Source: Octopus sinensis
Lineage: Eukaryota
DNA: 64,000 bases
Reading direction: 5' to 3'
NCBI RefSeq assembly: GCF_006345805.1
Contig: NC_042997.1
Location: 136,772,001-136,836,000 of the forward strand
Shown here: in pieces, positions 1 to 18,998 of the stretch
Layout: every line of letters starts with the position of its first letter
Numbering within the stretch: the stretch's first letter is position 1
Program-made: the position numbers and the translations under genes
The notes under the pieces: generated by a model
Database searches by the model: none
What the model was told of the DNA's origin: nothing
What the model saw: the letters and a program-made list of their open reading frames with translations, nothing else

Positions 1-72
1 TTGGCTCGTGTTGTGCTTTAATTTAATTTAATCCATTCTTGAGTATTTAATTTATATTTTCCTTTACATTGA

Positions 73-3293
<3,221 letters not shown>

Positions 3294-6200
3294 TAAAATG
3301 ACATTATGTTATTGTTACAAGACAATTTTTTTTATATAAACATTTACTAAATGTTATCACGGGGACAACTAGAAAAAGGAATACTCTCAAATTTAACTTT
3401 TATATATGCAGGCTTACTCAAAAAAAATCTTTCTGTGAAATCTAAAAAAGTTTTTTTATAAAATTATATTTTTGAAACACTTAACCTCATCTTTAATAAT
3501 AAAACATTTTGTAATATTTGCAGCTACATTATATTTCAGTCAGAGTCTTATTCCTAGTTGTGTACACAGTATTGGCCTGGATTTGAGTGTTACTATTCCT
3601 TATTTTTTGGAATAAGTGTTTCTTGTTGAAATCCAGTTTGATACCAGATACATATCCAAGAATAAAATACCTGCTGATGATAAAAATTTAACCGGTTAAA
3701 ATGTAGTGAAGGTATAATTATCAAAAAAAGTTTCATCACTTAGGATGAAGTTTAATAGTCTACAAAATTATAATTTTATTAACAGTAATTCATCACAAAC
3801 ATTTGGGCATACTGGGTTTTTTACTTTTTTGTCTGGATGGGGGTTTTTTTTTCCACATTCCTTTTTTGATTATATTTGAGACGGTTAAACTAAATGACAA
3901 TTTTTTATTTTTCATTTTTCCTACAAATAATTTGTATCATTTACAATTTACAATTAATTATTATTATATTTTATTCAACTGAATTAATTTTGAAATTCTT
4001 AAACCAATAACATTACAGAATAAAGTTGGAGGTTGATGAAATTGGTGTGGATCTATATTAGCACAAAATATTTCAAGACATTTTGTCCAATGTGCTAGTA
4101 ATTCTGCTAATCCCTCCTTTGTTACTATCCAAATTTGTTATTTTCAGGAAAATTTATTTAATTTTTCTTACAATTATATTTTCAGACCACAATTCATGTT
4201 TTAAATAAAATTTATTTTAAAAAGTATATAAGTCTACTGGATTGTTTTATTGTTAAAATTAATGAAATATTCTATCTTCATTTCATTTACGATTTTATCA
4301 TAATCTTCATTTTCTTTTCCCTATTCTTTCATATATCATTCAAATTGAGCCCACTTTGGAAGAACGATGTGTTGGTGGTTGGTTCTATCTATAACTCTAT
4401 AGGATCATTTGGAAATATAGATTCAAGAGAGGAATATACTGGAATTGTTTTCCAAAAGCCTTTTCCAATTACACAAAAAGTCATGCTCTCAGCAATTGGT
4501 TGAGAAAGAACCACAAAGTAACTGGCCCAACAACATGGGAAACATGAACACAAATAACAAAACTCTGATTACTAGGAGACTTTTGCTACCCATAGTTCAA
4601 ATAGGGAAATAAGAATTTCCTATGAGTTAATTTTCCCTTTCATCAGAATAGGATTTCTCAGATAAGTCCTGATGATACACTGGAGTATATTCACTTGCCT
4701 TCTACTTCTCTCCTTACAAAAAGTGCTTTGTAACATAAGGAATAAATTTGCTCAGTTCACATAAAATTTAACATAACTTAAATTACAAGTTACTTGGTGA
4801 CCTCACTAGTGCTGATGATTGGAAAATGCATCCATTACACACTGTAAAGCAGCTGACACTAAAAAGGGTATCCAGCCATAGAAACCATACCAAAGCTGGC
4901 ACTGGAGCCTAACATAGACCTGTTTCACTGAATCCTTTCAAACCATCTAATGCATACCAGCTTGCAACATGTACATTAAATAAAAATAATAACAAGAGCT
5001 ACATCATCTGATTGTACATAATTACAACTAAACACATTGAGCCAACAAGAGTTAAATGTTTTGGTCATGGACACTACACAATGCAAGTAACAAGATATGG
5101 ACTGTGGTCAGTCATAGGCTGAAAACCCATAAATTTTACTGATTGAAACTTTTGTATTAGAAGGAAACCAATTAAGTAAATATTTATGAAAAAAACTACA
5201 GGCAAGACTTTACACAGCAATTTTGAAATAACACAAATCCCCTTTTCTTTATTCGTGATTCCCTTGTTCAGAACTTGAGAGCTCTACTTAGATCAACCTG
5301 ATGTCCCTACTTCTGCTATTCACTAAAATCAACATTAAATATGACTCCCTTTTGATAACCAACTGTAGATTAACTGCCAAACTTTAATGCTTAACATTAA
5401 TTGTATCAGTTTTACACACCCACTCCTCTTTACCATGAAACCTTTTCATAGTTTATGATGAAGAAGGCCTTCTGCTGGTAAGGGTGACTTCTAAAGCAGG
5501 GTAATCAAGAGTATCAGACTAGTATAATGATTCACAAAAAGCTCCTGAGATATAGCTAACTGATAATATGATAAAACCAAAAGGAATTTTATAGCACTTG
5601 AAATTTTTAACAGTTTAAATTAAAAAATATAAATATGCAGTATTTCTATTGAAACATCATCATCATCATCATCATCATTTTATGTCTGTTTTCCATGCTA
5701 GCATGGGTAGTACAGCTTAACAGGATTCAGTGAGTTATTGGACCACATCTTGCTCCAGTATCTCATTTTTGGCATGGTTCTACAGGTAGATACCCTTCCT
5801 AACACCAATTACTTTACAGAGTGTTCTGGATATATATTATCTATGACACCAAACACTACAGAGGTTGCCTTGTCAGCAAGGCTAAAGAGCCTTCTTGAGC
5901 CTTGTGCTGTCACTGCTCAAATCATAACCAATCACTTACAAAATGCACTGGATTGCTTTGTAGCTTTCAAAGTGAAAGAGAGCATCTCATAATGGAAGAA
6001 ACAGATTTATTGTGAAAGAATGATAAAACGATAATAATAGAGGGAACAGTATTGAGGTAGGAGTAGATACAGAAGAGTTCATGTAAAGGAGAGGATAATA
6101 GGGTTGGTTGAGTAAGAAGGACCAGTGATGGGAAGGGTCAATCAGTCTGCCATGCCAGCATGGGTTGAACAGTTCATTAGGATCCAAAGCAGTTCTCACA

Positions 6201-8701
6201 GATCTATTGTTGAGAGAGGGTAGAATCAATGTTAGAGAAAAGGGCACTAGGAGGGAAAGGGAAAAGTATCATCATGGTGTTAGACAGTCAGAGGACCTTG
6301 GAAGAAGTAGGAAAAAATGTAATGCTACCCCACATTATATATGGGTGGATAAAGTAATATGTGAAAAAAAAGACGGGAGAGGAAGATACAGGTAGTGTCA
6401 GGGGATTAGTTCGAGAGTTAGAGAAGTATGAGTGGCAAAGAGGAGGGGAAGATATCCACATTGTATTTGGGTGGGTAGAATAGTGCAGAGAAGAGATAAT
6501 AGGATGATGAGGGGCCAAGATGTATCCTCAAGTAACTTGTCCAATAGATCATGGTGGCAGGAGAATCAGGTCGGGTAGGTAAAAGTTGCCAGAGTTACAA
6601 TCCCTCCCCTCTCAATTCTCATGATTTGGGAGAAAAGAAGAAAAAAAGTTAGTAGGATATAGATGGGGGATAAATAGAAAAGGGAGACATTTAATATGCA
6701 CAAATTCTGTATATCATCCTAATTAATAAAGAAATATGATAGAATGTACACCTGTTTAAAAAGATAGAAATTAGAAGTAAGGCTATGGAGAAGAAACTTT
6801 AAAAGTAGAGATTTAAAAAACTCAATAAGTATTTCTCAAAGAATTAAGCATTCCTCAATTGAAAATCACATAATAAAATTCAGAATTTCATTACAAATGA
6901 GATGATGTCCTTTACATTTTCTTGAGTTCAAATGTGCTAATTCTCATAGCAGAACAGTTCAATAACTGAAAATGTTTGAAGAGTAAAACGTTGATATGTA
7001 TAATTAAATGGAGAACATGTTTAAGTTCATCAATAGCTGAAATATTTAATGTATGATGACATTAGGTATTGGGTGTAAGTTGGAAGAGAGCAAATAAGAG
7101 ATCAATACTTTTGAAAGTCATGTGTAAAAAGTAATAGTGAAACTTATAAGATTTTGAAGCTCACAAAAACATTGTGCCTGCACAACTTCTGTCAAGGTTC
7201 ACTCAAAGAAAAATCAATTCTTTAACATGTAGCATATACTCACTGGTTTGTATCTAAGTATTGAATGTACCTTATCAATTGTTTTCCCCTTCTAAAATAG
7301 ATTTCACACAAATTGCAGTTTATTTCTATAAGACATGTGTGATTCCTTCAACTACTTCAGAACAACTCATTAAGGAAAATAGCTATTTAGAATTACAGCA
7401 CTATATCAAATAAAAATTACTCTAAATCTAAAGACAGCCTGTTACATTATATACTAATATATATATATGTTTAGTACCCAGTAAAGTAATTAGCAGTAAG
7501 ATAAAATAACAGCATGTTGTATTATTTTCTCAAGAGTCAATGGTTCATATAGTATCACCATTGTTGTGTCTTTAGCCAAAGTACTTTACTTTTTATGACT
7601 CACTCTACCTAGCTGTAAATAGATACTATGTGTAAAACTGGAACATTTATTTAAAAGTTGCTAGGCAAATAGGCAATCTCAAGCAATAATATTGTCAGCA
7701 AGAAATTTTATTATATTTTTGAGTCCTGCTTTAGACTAAGTGAAAGTACTATAAAATTAGCGGCTGTTAGATAGAACAGAATTCCTTCTATAGACTTGTG
7801 TCATAATAATTGCATTTGTATTGTTGCTCTATTTCATAATTTTTTTTTTTTTTTATGCAGGAATTTTTTTAAAATCTATATAAAAAATCAGCAATGTAAA
7901 AGAATCTTTAAAAATAAAAATATATTAACATAAGCACAAGGCTTGAAATTTAGAGGAAGGGAATAGACAATTATATCAGCATCAGTATCTGACTGATACT
8001 TTATTTTATGAACTCTGAAAGAACAGAAAGCAAAGATGACCTCAGCAGGATTTGAACTTTTAGTGGCCTTATTTTCATACAATTTTCAATATTATTACAG
8101 CATCTAAAATTTTGTTTTGTAACTAAAAATATATAATTATCATATGTTGCAAAAAAAATATATAATTACAATATGCTACAAAATAAATTATTCAAGAAAA
8201 GAAAGCTCTGTTAATTCCAGTGTATTTCCCTATCTCCCAACAACTACAAGCACTCTACAAAGCTCAAATGAAACCTACAATGGAGTACTGCTTCCACATT
8301 TGGGATGATGCTTCTGCTACACACACACACACATCTTATATCATAGCCAATGGAAGGCCACTAACTGACTGATATGAAGTTGCTCATGAACACACTCCAG
8401 CCTCTGGCTCACAAATATGCTGCCTCCTCTCTTTGTATTTTCTCCTACAACTACAGTGGCCTTAGTTTCTTGGAGCCAGCTGCTTTCCTGCCACTTTCAC
8501 TCAAGCAATCCTGACCTATTCATCATCCATATTTTGTCCATCCCACCCAACAAACCACTATTCTTTCTTTACAGAATGTTGTTCCTCTGAAAATCTTTCC
8601 CAGCACATGCTTTTTCCACCAACTATAGGGTTGCAACTGTTCGAAAGAAACATTAACCACATCTATCTCACCTATCTTAACAATCAGTAAAGGTTGGGGA
8701 C

Positions 8702-8845
8702 CAGGGGTGGACTGAACCGTTGGTCAATCAGATACTGCCTGAGGGGCCCACACTCTACATGTTAACTCTACTAAAACACACATTCAAAGGGGCCCAGTAA
8801 ACAATTATGCACCCAAGGATCCTTAATACTCTCAGTTTACCCCTG
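8702..8845. mobile_element. hAT-like MITE
   Basis: TIRs CAGGGGTGGACTGA / TCAGTTTACCCCTG and 8-bp TSD ttggggac / ttggggat. It is inserted in a degenerate LINE fragment (about 8200-8700). Confidence 0.7.
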
Positions 8846-9109
8846 TTGGGGATACACTCCTTCCCCTAGATTGAGCCAAGAAATTTTTTTAATGACCTTG
8901 AGAACTTTCTGCAATAAGGACATAATAACCTAATCTTTTTCAACCAATAGTCACTACACATATCATTTATTATTTCTCTTTTGTTCATATTTTACTCTTA
9001 TATTCATAAACAGATAATTATTTTATTGAAATTTATGTCCCATTTGAAACAGTTTTCATTTAATAAATCTTCAAAAATTTCTCTTTAAAATTTTCAAGTG
9101 TTGTAGTGA

Positions 9110-9620
9110 AACATCATCATCATCATCATCATCGTCGTCGTCATCCTTGAACATCTGTTTTCCATGCTAGCATGGTTTGACCAGAGAGCTGCACCAGGTT
9201 CCAGTTTAATTTGGTTTGGTTTTAATGGTGAATGTACTTCCTAATGCCAACCACTTTACACTGTGTGCTGGGTGCTTTTAATGTGGCACTGGCACGAGCA
9301 CTTTTAAATGGTAGCAGCATAGATAATTTTCATGTGGCACCAGCAGGACTCTTGCTGGCCAATCTACTTCACTAACAAGGGGATGCAGCCATAACACTTC
9401 TGTTGTGAAGGACAGGTCTCCTTAAGTACAGCAAGGCACCAGGTATCTCGGTAGTTTGTCATCTCATTTGAAAGGTTCAGTGTTCTGAGGTCATCTTTCA
9501 GTACTTCATCCCATGTTTTCCTGAGTTTCCCTCTTCCATAAGTTCCATCCACTTTGAATGAGGAACATTTCTATATGGAGCTGTCAGCATCCATCCACAT
9601 TACATGACCTTACACTTGTT
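9110..9620 (-). mobile_element. SINE-type tail plus RTE-clade LINE 3' fragment
   Basis: (CAT)n tail and ORF GRGKLRKTWDEVLKDDL, typical of the RTE C-terminus. Confidence 0.6.
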
Positions 9621-9723
9621 GAATATTGTTGAAGAAATATTGTTGTGGTGCACCTGAGCACTGTATACAATAATTTCATTATTATTATTATTACTTTATT
9701 TAAATAGAAAGCTGAATATTAAA

Positions 9724-10190
9724 AATAATAATGAAATTATTGTATACAGTGCTCAGGTGCACCACAACTTGTCAAAAGTGCGTATAAAGCATGTGCCTTA
9801 ATGTACAAATGTCTGGGAAGTGAACAGTGTATGAGTCAGATACATGCTTGCGTGTGTAGGGGAGAAAATCAGGTGTAGTGTTGGCGAATCTCGGAAGCAT
9901 GGAAGTTTTGAAGGATGCAGTACTCCGACAACTAACAACTGATGCCGGCAGTTTGTTCCATGCTTCAGCAACTCTCAGCGTGAAAAAATGTTTCCTGAAG
10001 TCATGGGAGCTGTGCTGTTTTCTGACTTTGTAAATATGTCCATGGGTGTTAGACGGGTGGAGTTTGAAAAGGTGCTCAGAGTTATTGTTTGTAAGACGGT
10101 CAATAATTTTATGGGTGTCTGCCAAGTCAGCTGCCAGACGTCGGAGTTTCAATGTGTCCATGCCCAGGGAAGTAAGGCGTTCAGAATATG
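9724..10190 (-). mobile_element. CR1/L2-group LINE 3' fragment
   Basis: ORF2 C-terminus YSERLTSLGMDTLKLRRLAADL..RKHFFTLRVAEAWNKLP with a (TTA)n tail. Same family as 57106-57960. Confidence 0.85.
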
Positions 10191-10485
10191 ACAAATATAA
10201 AAAAATATTACCAGATATAAACAGCTTAACAATAGATATGTTCTCCTTCCCTATGCGTATAATGAAATTTTCCGGTGATACATTTTAGATGGTGCAGATT
10301 AGAGTTAAAATTTTACAGAAGAAAGACGTTTCAGATAATTCATACATTTTGGTTAGTTTAACTGAATGAATTTCAAGGGAGACAACTATCATGTACTTCG
10401 CTTGAAATCGTAGAGAAGGAAATATTTGAAGTAAACACCGTAACACGTTACGTGAATCATTTCCTTTCTCTATTTTATTATCGCA

Positions 10486-13400
10486 ATGGCGCTTACTACA
10501 GATGCTGATGAACTAAAAGTGCAATCAGATTTGCTAAATCCAAATTTTGACGGTTACAAATTATCTCTGGAGCCTTTACCAACATATAAAACTAATTTGG
10601 AAACAGGTAAAAAAAAAAATTCGTTATTTCTTCCAAAGATAAGTAAAAACCATTCCACAAACAAATACATCTTCACTCTGTTTATGTTTTTTGCTTCCAA
10701 TTCATTCATCATAATTATATATTCGTTCGAAGATGATAATTTACTCCGTTGCTGTCACCTGAAGGATCGCAATAACTTTGAATGGTTAATGAACTTCGTT
10801 GCAAGTGGAGTATTTTTTGCAAAAATATAGCAATGTATGGAATCCCCGCAATTTGTTTCATTGTTTTGGTCATTGATATAAATATTTTTAAATTAAGGGA
10901 GGAAAGGTGCGAATTAATATATATTAACAACAATAGCTTTAATCTTAGATAACTTGATAAGTGTTGGGGTGGGGAGTATTACCAAAGAAATTCTACGACG
11001 AAGTTGTCCCGTTCACAGCCATCTTCAAAGAGTGATCTTGTCCGAAACACTAGAACTCCTCATTTATCACGACAGGGCAGACGAACCTATGAGAAGACCT
11101 CTCTAAGGAACATTTGCGAAGTCTCACAACGTACGGGGAATGGCAGCTAAATCTCTCTTAAAAGGAGAAGGACACATTGAACGATGTGATCCTAGATGTA
11201 CACTGCCTGCGAAGAAAAACAAATACGGCATAGTCATAGCTGTAACGTCTTTAATCATGTCAGGGCTAACTTGGAGCTAAACAGCAGACGAATTTGTCTT
11301 ACTTTATAAATTTTATCAACTTTCTGATGACACAACTAGGACCCTTAATATCTAGTTTAGCCTCAATCGAGCAGACCTATGATCGATTAAAGAGAGACGG
11401 AAGATGGAAGACACTAGAATCTTTATTGGTCACTACTATTATTTCGACCCTCGCTGGTGGGATACTATACAACTGGTTTTGATGTATCCCTCGGTGTAGA
11501 TGTGTCCCCTTAGGTGATTTCAAGAGATATCTCGTTATACCCATAAATTTAATTCACCCAACAGGCTTCAGCACAAATTGTCTGATCAGTTTCCCTTACA
11601 AGACCTGAGTCTATCCTCATTAATGCTAGAGCAACGTAATTATACACCCTGTACACTCGAATGAGGTTGGTGACAGAAAGGGCACCTAACTCTAGAAATC
11701 ATGTGCAAATAGAATGTACGAGAAAGACATCCTTGACCCGACTAGGGGAGCAATAACATGGAATAAGAACTGACTCAGACCATGACAACCTGCCTGCCCC
11801 ATGACATGGAAAAGAAGATGAGGAGGAGGAGAAGGACTGTGTATGTGTGTGTTTAAAGTCAGAGATTGAAGTGCCATAAATCAGTCCTGCATAGAAAATT
11901 GGGGACTGTGAAGAGCACATGGTAGTTAACATATCCACAGATATTAATTGGTCTTTAACAAAAAGCATTCCAAAGAAATGTACAACTTGTTAAAATAGGT
12001 ATTTGTTCCTTGCCTATCAATTACTGCTCCTTTCTGTTTCAAAATAGGTCCACCTCAGTTAATGATAATCAAGGGATTCTGAGGTGGTAGACAGAACATT
12101 TTTCAGATCTTGTTCACAGTTCATCCACAATAAATGAGAATGTTATAAAAGACTTGCCACATCAATATGTTTTGAAGAAAATGAGTAATAACCCTAACCC
12201 AGAGGAAGTCAAAATTGCCATTAAACAGATCAACTTAGAAAAGGAAAAAACCCAGGAATGCACAATGCATGTTACTGATATTATTAAGCATGGTGAGAAT
12301 GTAGTAACTGATCTTATGACCACACTAATTATTAACATGCAAAATGGTTCTCTGTTATATTGGATTGGAGAGATGCTACACTGACCTTAATGTACAAGGG
12401 AACTGTGTCAAGTCAAACTGGTAACTTTCATAGTATTTCCTTACTTGGAACAAGTTGTGCAAGTTCTTCAATTTTCTAGATATTTTGGTGATCATATGCA
12501 TTCTTGAAGTTGGTAAGCAACAATTGCATCTTCTCATATATGTTCTAGCAAAGCATTGTCATGGGCCTACTGCAATTCAATGATTCATGTGACATTGGTC
12601 TATTTTTGTGGGGAGTCTGGACAAGTTGAAAAGTCTTCAAAGAAACTTGAATTAAAACAACTAACCAAATTTGTGTTATTATTTCAATATAAAGTATATA
12701 TGGACCTTATATGATCAAACATCAAGAAATTCAAATACTTTGACTAGCTTCAATCTATTATGCATCAAAGTCACTATCATCAAAATTCAATTCAGATGGC
12801 CTTATCATGCATATTACATAAGTAGCACCAAGCTTCCCTACCAGGTACTTTCCAGTGCACTCAGCAGTAGTGAAAAATCCTACAGATGCCTTCAACAGCA
12901 TTACAAAGATCAACTCAAACATGCTATGGAAGAGGACAAGCAACAAAGACAAAAAGCTGCCAATTTCAACCACATCCATCTCTGCCAATCAAAGATAGCT
13001 TGAAATGTTAAAATGTTTTGTATTAAAATTGTAAATATTTGAAGAGTATCTTATGCAATGCCAATTTCTCCTAAATGTAATGATGTTCCTCAGTCTTTTC
13101 ACAAATCTTCCTATTTTTACAGAAATTGATGTTGCCACTCTCACTGATAAGCAATTTTCATATCAACACTTGAAAGCTTTAGGCTGCCATAATCATCTAA
13201 TTTTAGATCAGTGGGCTATGAATGCTGGCCATTACATTCTTTATTTTGTTGATAAACTATGGAATATTTGCTGCATAGAACTAACCACTGTAAGTACTTC
13301 TACATATTTTTCTTGAAAATGCAATCTTTTTTAACATTTCATTTATTTAATATGACTAATTGCTCATTGACATCTGCCTCTAGTCCTATAGCTTCTTCCT

Positions 13401-16400
13401 AAAATATACTTATCCCCTTTTGTGATGTTTAGAGAACCTGTAACTGTCTTTGTTGATATCTGTGTTACAAATATCACAATATATTTTATGTAAAGGATTT
13501 AGATAGCTTATGTTTACAACAACTCCATCACCTTTATATTACAAGAAAAGACTTAGGAGCTCTTTGCATGCTGAAAAGAAATGCAATCATAACCTTGTAA
13601 AAGGGGAAATCCAGACTATCCATTAAGATTTCTTTTACTGACATACTTGTGTTTAAAGCTTATCTAATGTTAATGAAAGTTTCAAATCAAAAACAATGTT
13701 CAAATACTTGATTAAATCTTTTTGTTTCCTATGTTTTCTTTTTATTCTCATTAATTCATATTTTTGTTACTGTAGAAATAAAAGGAATTTAATTCTAACT
13801 GGCAAAAACACCAAAATAAATTTACCATTTTACTTCAGCTTATTCTAAACTGATTTATAAGTAAGTAAGATCAATTGAGCATCATTGTCTAACCTTAAGC
13901 AAACTAAACCTGCCTTCCTATCTTAGCCTACAGTTTACTTTAGGAATGTTATTTACTATGATTTTTATTAATAGAATAAGTTAATTGAGCTAAATTTCAA
14001 TATCTGATATATCTGTTCAATTATTTCTCCTCTTTTAGGAAAGTGGACATCCAAAATTAATTAATGTCAATCCAGCTTTCCAAATACCAAACCGAAACAA
14101 TCTCCATTTGATACCTGGACGTCACAATGTTACAATAAACTTCCCTGCTCCAGACTGGGCTGTAATAGCAGATGGTGCTGGCACTCTATATTTACTGGAA
14201 ACTGGACTTCGAACAAATGTGCAAGATAGATCCTCATCATGGCAAGTGAGTATATTTAAATCAAGATCATTAAAATTTTTCTTAAATGTTACTGAATGGG
14301 AATTTATGTGTTAGCTGAAGAGCTTAACTGCTGGATTGATTCATATTTAGTTTGTAATATCATGTTATGTCCGTAAGCATATATCTCCAATCATATATCT
14401 CTAATCCTAATTAGGGGTAATAATGTACTAAATAACATATTCAAAGAATTCTCAATAAATTAAAACTTGCCTTATAGTTGGAGAAAGAAAACAAAAACCT
14501 AGCAGCAATTGTTATTCACAATGAAATGAAATGGGAGGTAATTTTGTAGAAAATGATTCATTTACATGATTATGGGGGCAATTCTTCCTCTATGTATATA
14601 ACAGTTATCTTTAAGTGATAATGGATATGTCTTATTCTAATTCTAATCCATAGCTCCGTTTCACCAAATCTGATGTTCTTGGTGAAAACCGTGGTCTATT
14701 TATACTATGTGATGCTTTATTCCATACTGAGAATGAGAGTCATTTTGTTGAATGTCTGATACTACACGTTGATGAAGCTGATGAAGAACTGAAGGACAAG
14801 TATAATGCTACCTTTATGACTGTTCTTGAATGGTTAACTCTGTCTTCAGGTAAATAATTACATTTTTCTTTTTATCTTTTACTTGTTACAGTCATTGGAC
14901 TGTGGCTATGCTAGGGCACCAATTTGAAGAGTTTAGTTATAAGAATTAACCTCAAGTACTTATTTTCAAGTTTGGTACTAATTCTATCAAGCCCTTTTGC
15001 TGAGCCACTAAGTTACAGAATGTAAACAAACCAAAACTAATTGTCAAGCAGTAAGGGAGGGGAACAAACGCAAGCACAAATACACACACTCTCTCTCTCT
15101 CATATATATATAGATAGAGAGAAAGAGAGAGGGGGAGAGTTTACGAAAAAAACAAAAGATGAAGACAGGTGATGTATTAGTATAACGCTCAGGAATAGAA
15201 AAAGTCGTGTGTGTGTGTATGTATATATTATATGTAATAATGATATTAACTTAGAAATTAATAAATATAAAAATAAAAAGAATATGGATAGAATAGAATA
15301 TAAATCCGATAAGAATAATATAAGTAAAACATCAAGAAACAGATAGAAAATGAAAATAAATCAAACACGTATGACAAATATGCAAACATTAAGGAATGGA
15401 TCAAAAGGAATTGAAAAGCTAAATGATAATATCCCTAACAATTCTGTAAAAAATTACACCCCATGCATAAATGACACTAAACTCCATAAAAATCGTTCTA
15501 AAGATAATATAATACCTTTCACAAAGCAAATTAGAACTAATATAGTGAAATTATTCTGCAAAGTAGTTTCTAAGCATTTTTCAGAGAAAAATAAATACCA
15601 CAAAATAATAAACTCACAGAAATTCAGAGTCAGTTTTTGCATATCAAAAGCATAACAGAAATTATTGCTGCACAAAATGCTAAAAGATTAAATGATTTCT
15701 AAGAGCAAAGAAAATAAAAATGAATTATTAAATGACCAAAATGGCGAGAAAATCAATGATAATATGAGTTGCACGATAAACGAAGGAAGGGAAATAACTC
15801 TAAGGGAATCCCTACTAGGATCTAAACATGCAATCTATAGAAAGAAGAAGCAATAAGCATAATATTAACAACAGAATTGATAATATAAATATAAATACTA
15901 ACAATAGCAACAGCAAACATAAAAGATAAAACAATAAAGGTATTAGGATAGGCAAAGAAAATAATAACAAAGAAGATAGTAACGAAAGTAGTAAACAAAC
16001 TAAGATAAATAATCTTAGGTTAATGGTAAAGATTCCAAACATAGAAAATAAATATAATGAGGATATCTCTGAAGGCGTAGAATACAAGCACAACATTATT
16101 AGTAAGGAAACAGAGCGCTACTAAAAATAAAACTTGCTATTGTGCTAAAAAAAAATGATGACCATTATCTGAGGGACAGGATTACTAATATATAGGTTCT
16201 ATGGAAAATTATATAAAAAGGATAGCTAATCATGAAAATACCTTTAGGGACAGTCAGTAAGAGGCTAGCACCAGTCTAAGTAAACTAATTTGGTCAATTA
16301 AAGATAAAAATAAGAACTATATACTTATATGAGAAATAATTAGTTGAGGAAAATCTTATAACATAGAGAACAAAAGATGTGAACTTTGTGTTGAAGAAAT

Positions 16401-18957
16401 TTACCAGATTCTTACATCAAAATGCAAATTAATCAACAACAAGAGGGAAAGTTAAATATACATTCAATAAATTTAAGTAGATATGGTTAAAATAAACACC
16501 ATGTAGAAATCGAAATCGAAATCGAATTGAACCAGCCAGGATCCCTGGTTTGGTGGTACGTAAAAAGCACTATCCGACTTGTGGCGTAAAAAGCACTATC
16601 CGACTCGTGGCGTAAAAAGCACTATCCGACTCGTGGCGTAAAAAGCACTATCCGACTCGTGGCTGATGCCAGCTCCGCCTCGTCTGGCTTCCGTGCCGGT
16701 GGCACATAAAATACACCAATCCGACCGTGGCCGTTGCCAGCCTCGCCTGGCACCTGTGCAGGTGACACGTAAAAAGCACCCACTACACTCACGGAGTGGT
16801 TGGCGTTAGGAAGGGCATCCAGCTGTAGAAACACTGCCAGATAAGACTGGAGCCTGGTGCAGCCTTCTGGCTTCCCAGATCCCCGGTCGAACCGTCCAAC
16901 CCATGCTAGCATGGACAACGGACGTTAAACGATGATGATGATGATGATGATGAATCATGCATCTATACTCTAAATTAAATAGACAAATATATATATACAT
17001 GAACCCAGCCTATCAACTAATATATTCTAGAAGAATATGTTATGGACATGTTGAACAGTATGAAAAGTAGGTGCAGGCTTGTAAGCCTAAATAGTTAATC
17101 AATTTGGCCAAATGGATGGAATAAGGGCATAGAGGAATGTGTTATGAACATACTGAAAAGGATGGAAAGTAGTGGCATGCTTGTAAACAGTTAATTGGCA
17201 CTGCCAAAAATGTGGAATAGTAACATGACCTAGTTCTTCTGAACTATGCCTATCCCTTGTCCAGTAAGTTCAAAAAATCAACTTTTAGCTATTTTTAGAA
17301 CAGAATCCAAGACATGCTACAATTCAATCGGAATAAATTTTCCATCCATTAGGATGTGAAAAATATCGGTCAGTCTGAGGAGGGTTTTTGTTTTTTATCA
17401 AATTCATAATGAACTTTAAAGTGTAAATATGAATGATAGCAATCAGTCGAAATGCAGCATAGGCAGTATGAATGAACTTATTAATTTGACTTAACTATGA
17501 AAATAAATTGACTATTCTATGTATATATTCTCTATTTTCTTTAAATTTTTAAACTCTTTTCTCCTATATCAAAAATGATGGAAATCTCCATAGTGACAAC
17601 TGGAATTTCAGAGGTGTAAAGTACTAATATTGAAGGAGAACCAACAATAAACTCTAGTACATATACACATGAAAAATTTCTAGTATCGTTAATCAATATT
17701 AGTGCAAAACTGGTGTATGCTTGGATAATCTTACATATTAAAACTAAAAATAGCTGTGTGTGTGCATCGGTATGTCCTCGTTTTGCACCAAAACGGCTCG
17801 ACCAACTTTTCTTAAACTTGACACGCACATTGCCTATGTTTCTGGGGAGGTTTTAAGTATAAATTAATTTTGGGAAAATGTTTGGGTAAACAGTGTGAGG
17901 AATAACATTTGAGTGTGAGTGAATGGTGGGAGTAAAATTTTTAAGCATCCAAGGGAAATAACCCATTCATTTTCAGTATGCTTATTTCTTAGTATTTGAA
18001 CTATTTTAGTTATTTTCTCAATTTATCCATTACAATGCTTAAATAAGTAAATAGTATTCTCCTAAACAATAGATCACTTATTTTGGTTAGTGACTTATTC
18101 ACAAATATACCAACACTAGCGCTGCTGAGGGTAATATTCTCTGGGAACGCACAAAAGCTTTTTTTCACAGTTAATTACTTTGAATTGTTATTATCTCATA
18201 TCTGATTAGCCTGTTATTACATAACATATTTCACGATATTAGTATACATACCTTAGTATTTCCTCCTAAAATCTGTATACTCTGGGAACGTATTAAAGCA
18301 CTTTTCAGGGCTAATTTGTTTGAATTCTTACTATAGAGTAATTAATTTCATGTTATTACATAACTGACTTCACAATTTGGGTATTCATGACTTATTGGGA
18401 ATTCCTAAAAACAAGATCCTTTGTAAGACAGTTCGGTATTCTCAATAAATACACAAAAACCTTTTTAAGGGCTACATACTTTGTATTGTTGTTACTGGAT
18501 TAGCGAAACAATTGAGAATGGAACCAAGGGATAAACCCGCTTTCCCGGGAATTACTGGGTATGTCAGCTACTATATATATACATATGTGCTTATTATAGC
18601 CTCAGGCTGACCAAAACCTTGTGAGTGGATTTTGTACTCGGAAACTGAAAGAAAACTGTTATATGTGTGTGCATGTCTTGTGTTTGTACTCCCACCATTG
18701 CTTGATAACTGATGTTGCTGTGTTTACATTCCTGTAACTTAGCGGTTTGGTAAAAGACACTGACAGAATGAGTACTAGGTTTACAAAGAATAAATCCTGT
18801 GGTTGATTTCTTCGACCAACAGCAGTGCTCCAGCATGGTCGCAGTCACATGACTGAAACAAGTAAAACAATAAAAATCTATGCCATTTTAATCCCGAGCA
18901 AGGCCAGGTATCTCTGCTAGTATATCCCTAAGAAAGAACAACTTCTTTCTATGCAGA

Positions 18958-18998
<41 letters not shown>

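Noticed and set aside
3670-3705. CTGATGA followed by palindrome aaccggtt
   Set aside because: No stem II or GAAA, so it is too degenerate to call a hammerhead.
15815-16096. Leu-rich, membrane-like minus-strand ORF
   Set aside because: It is the antisense of an A-rich low-complexity tract within the Penelope remnant.
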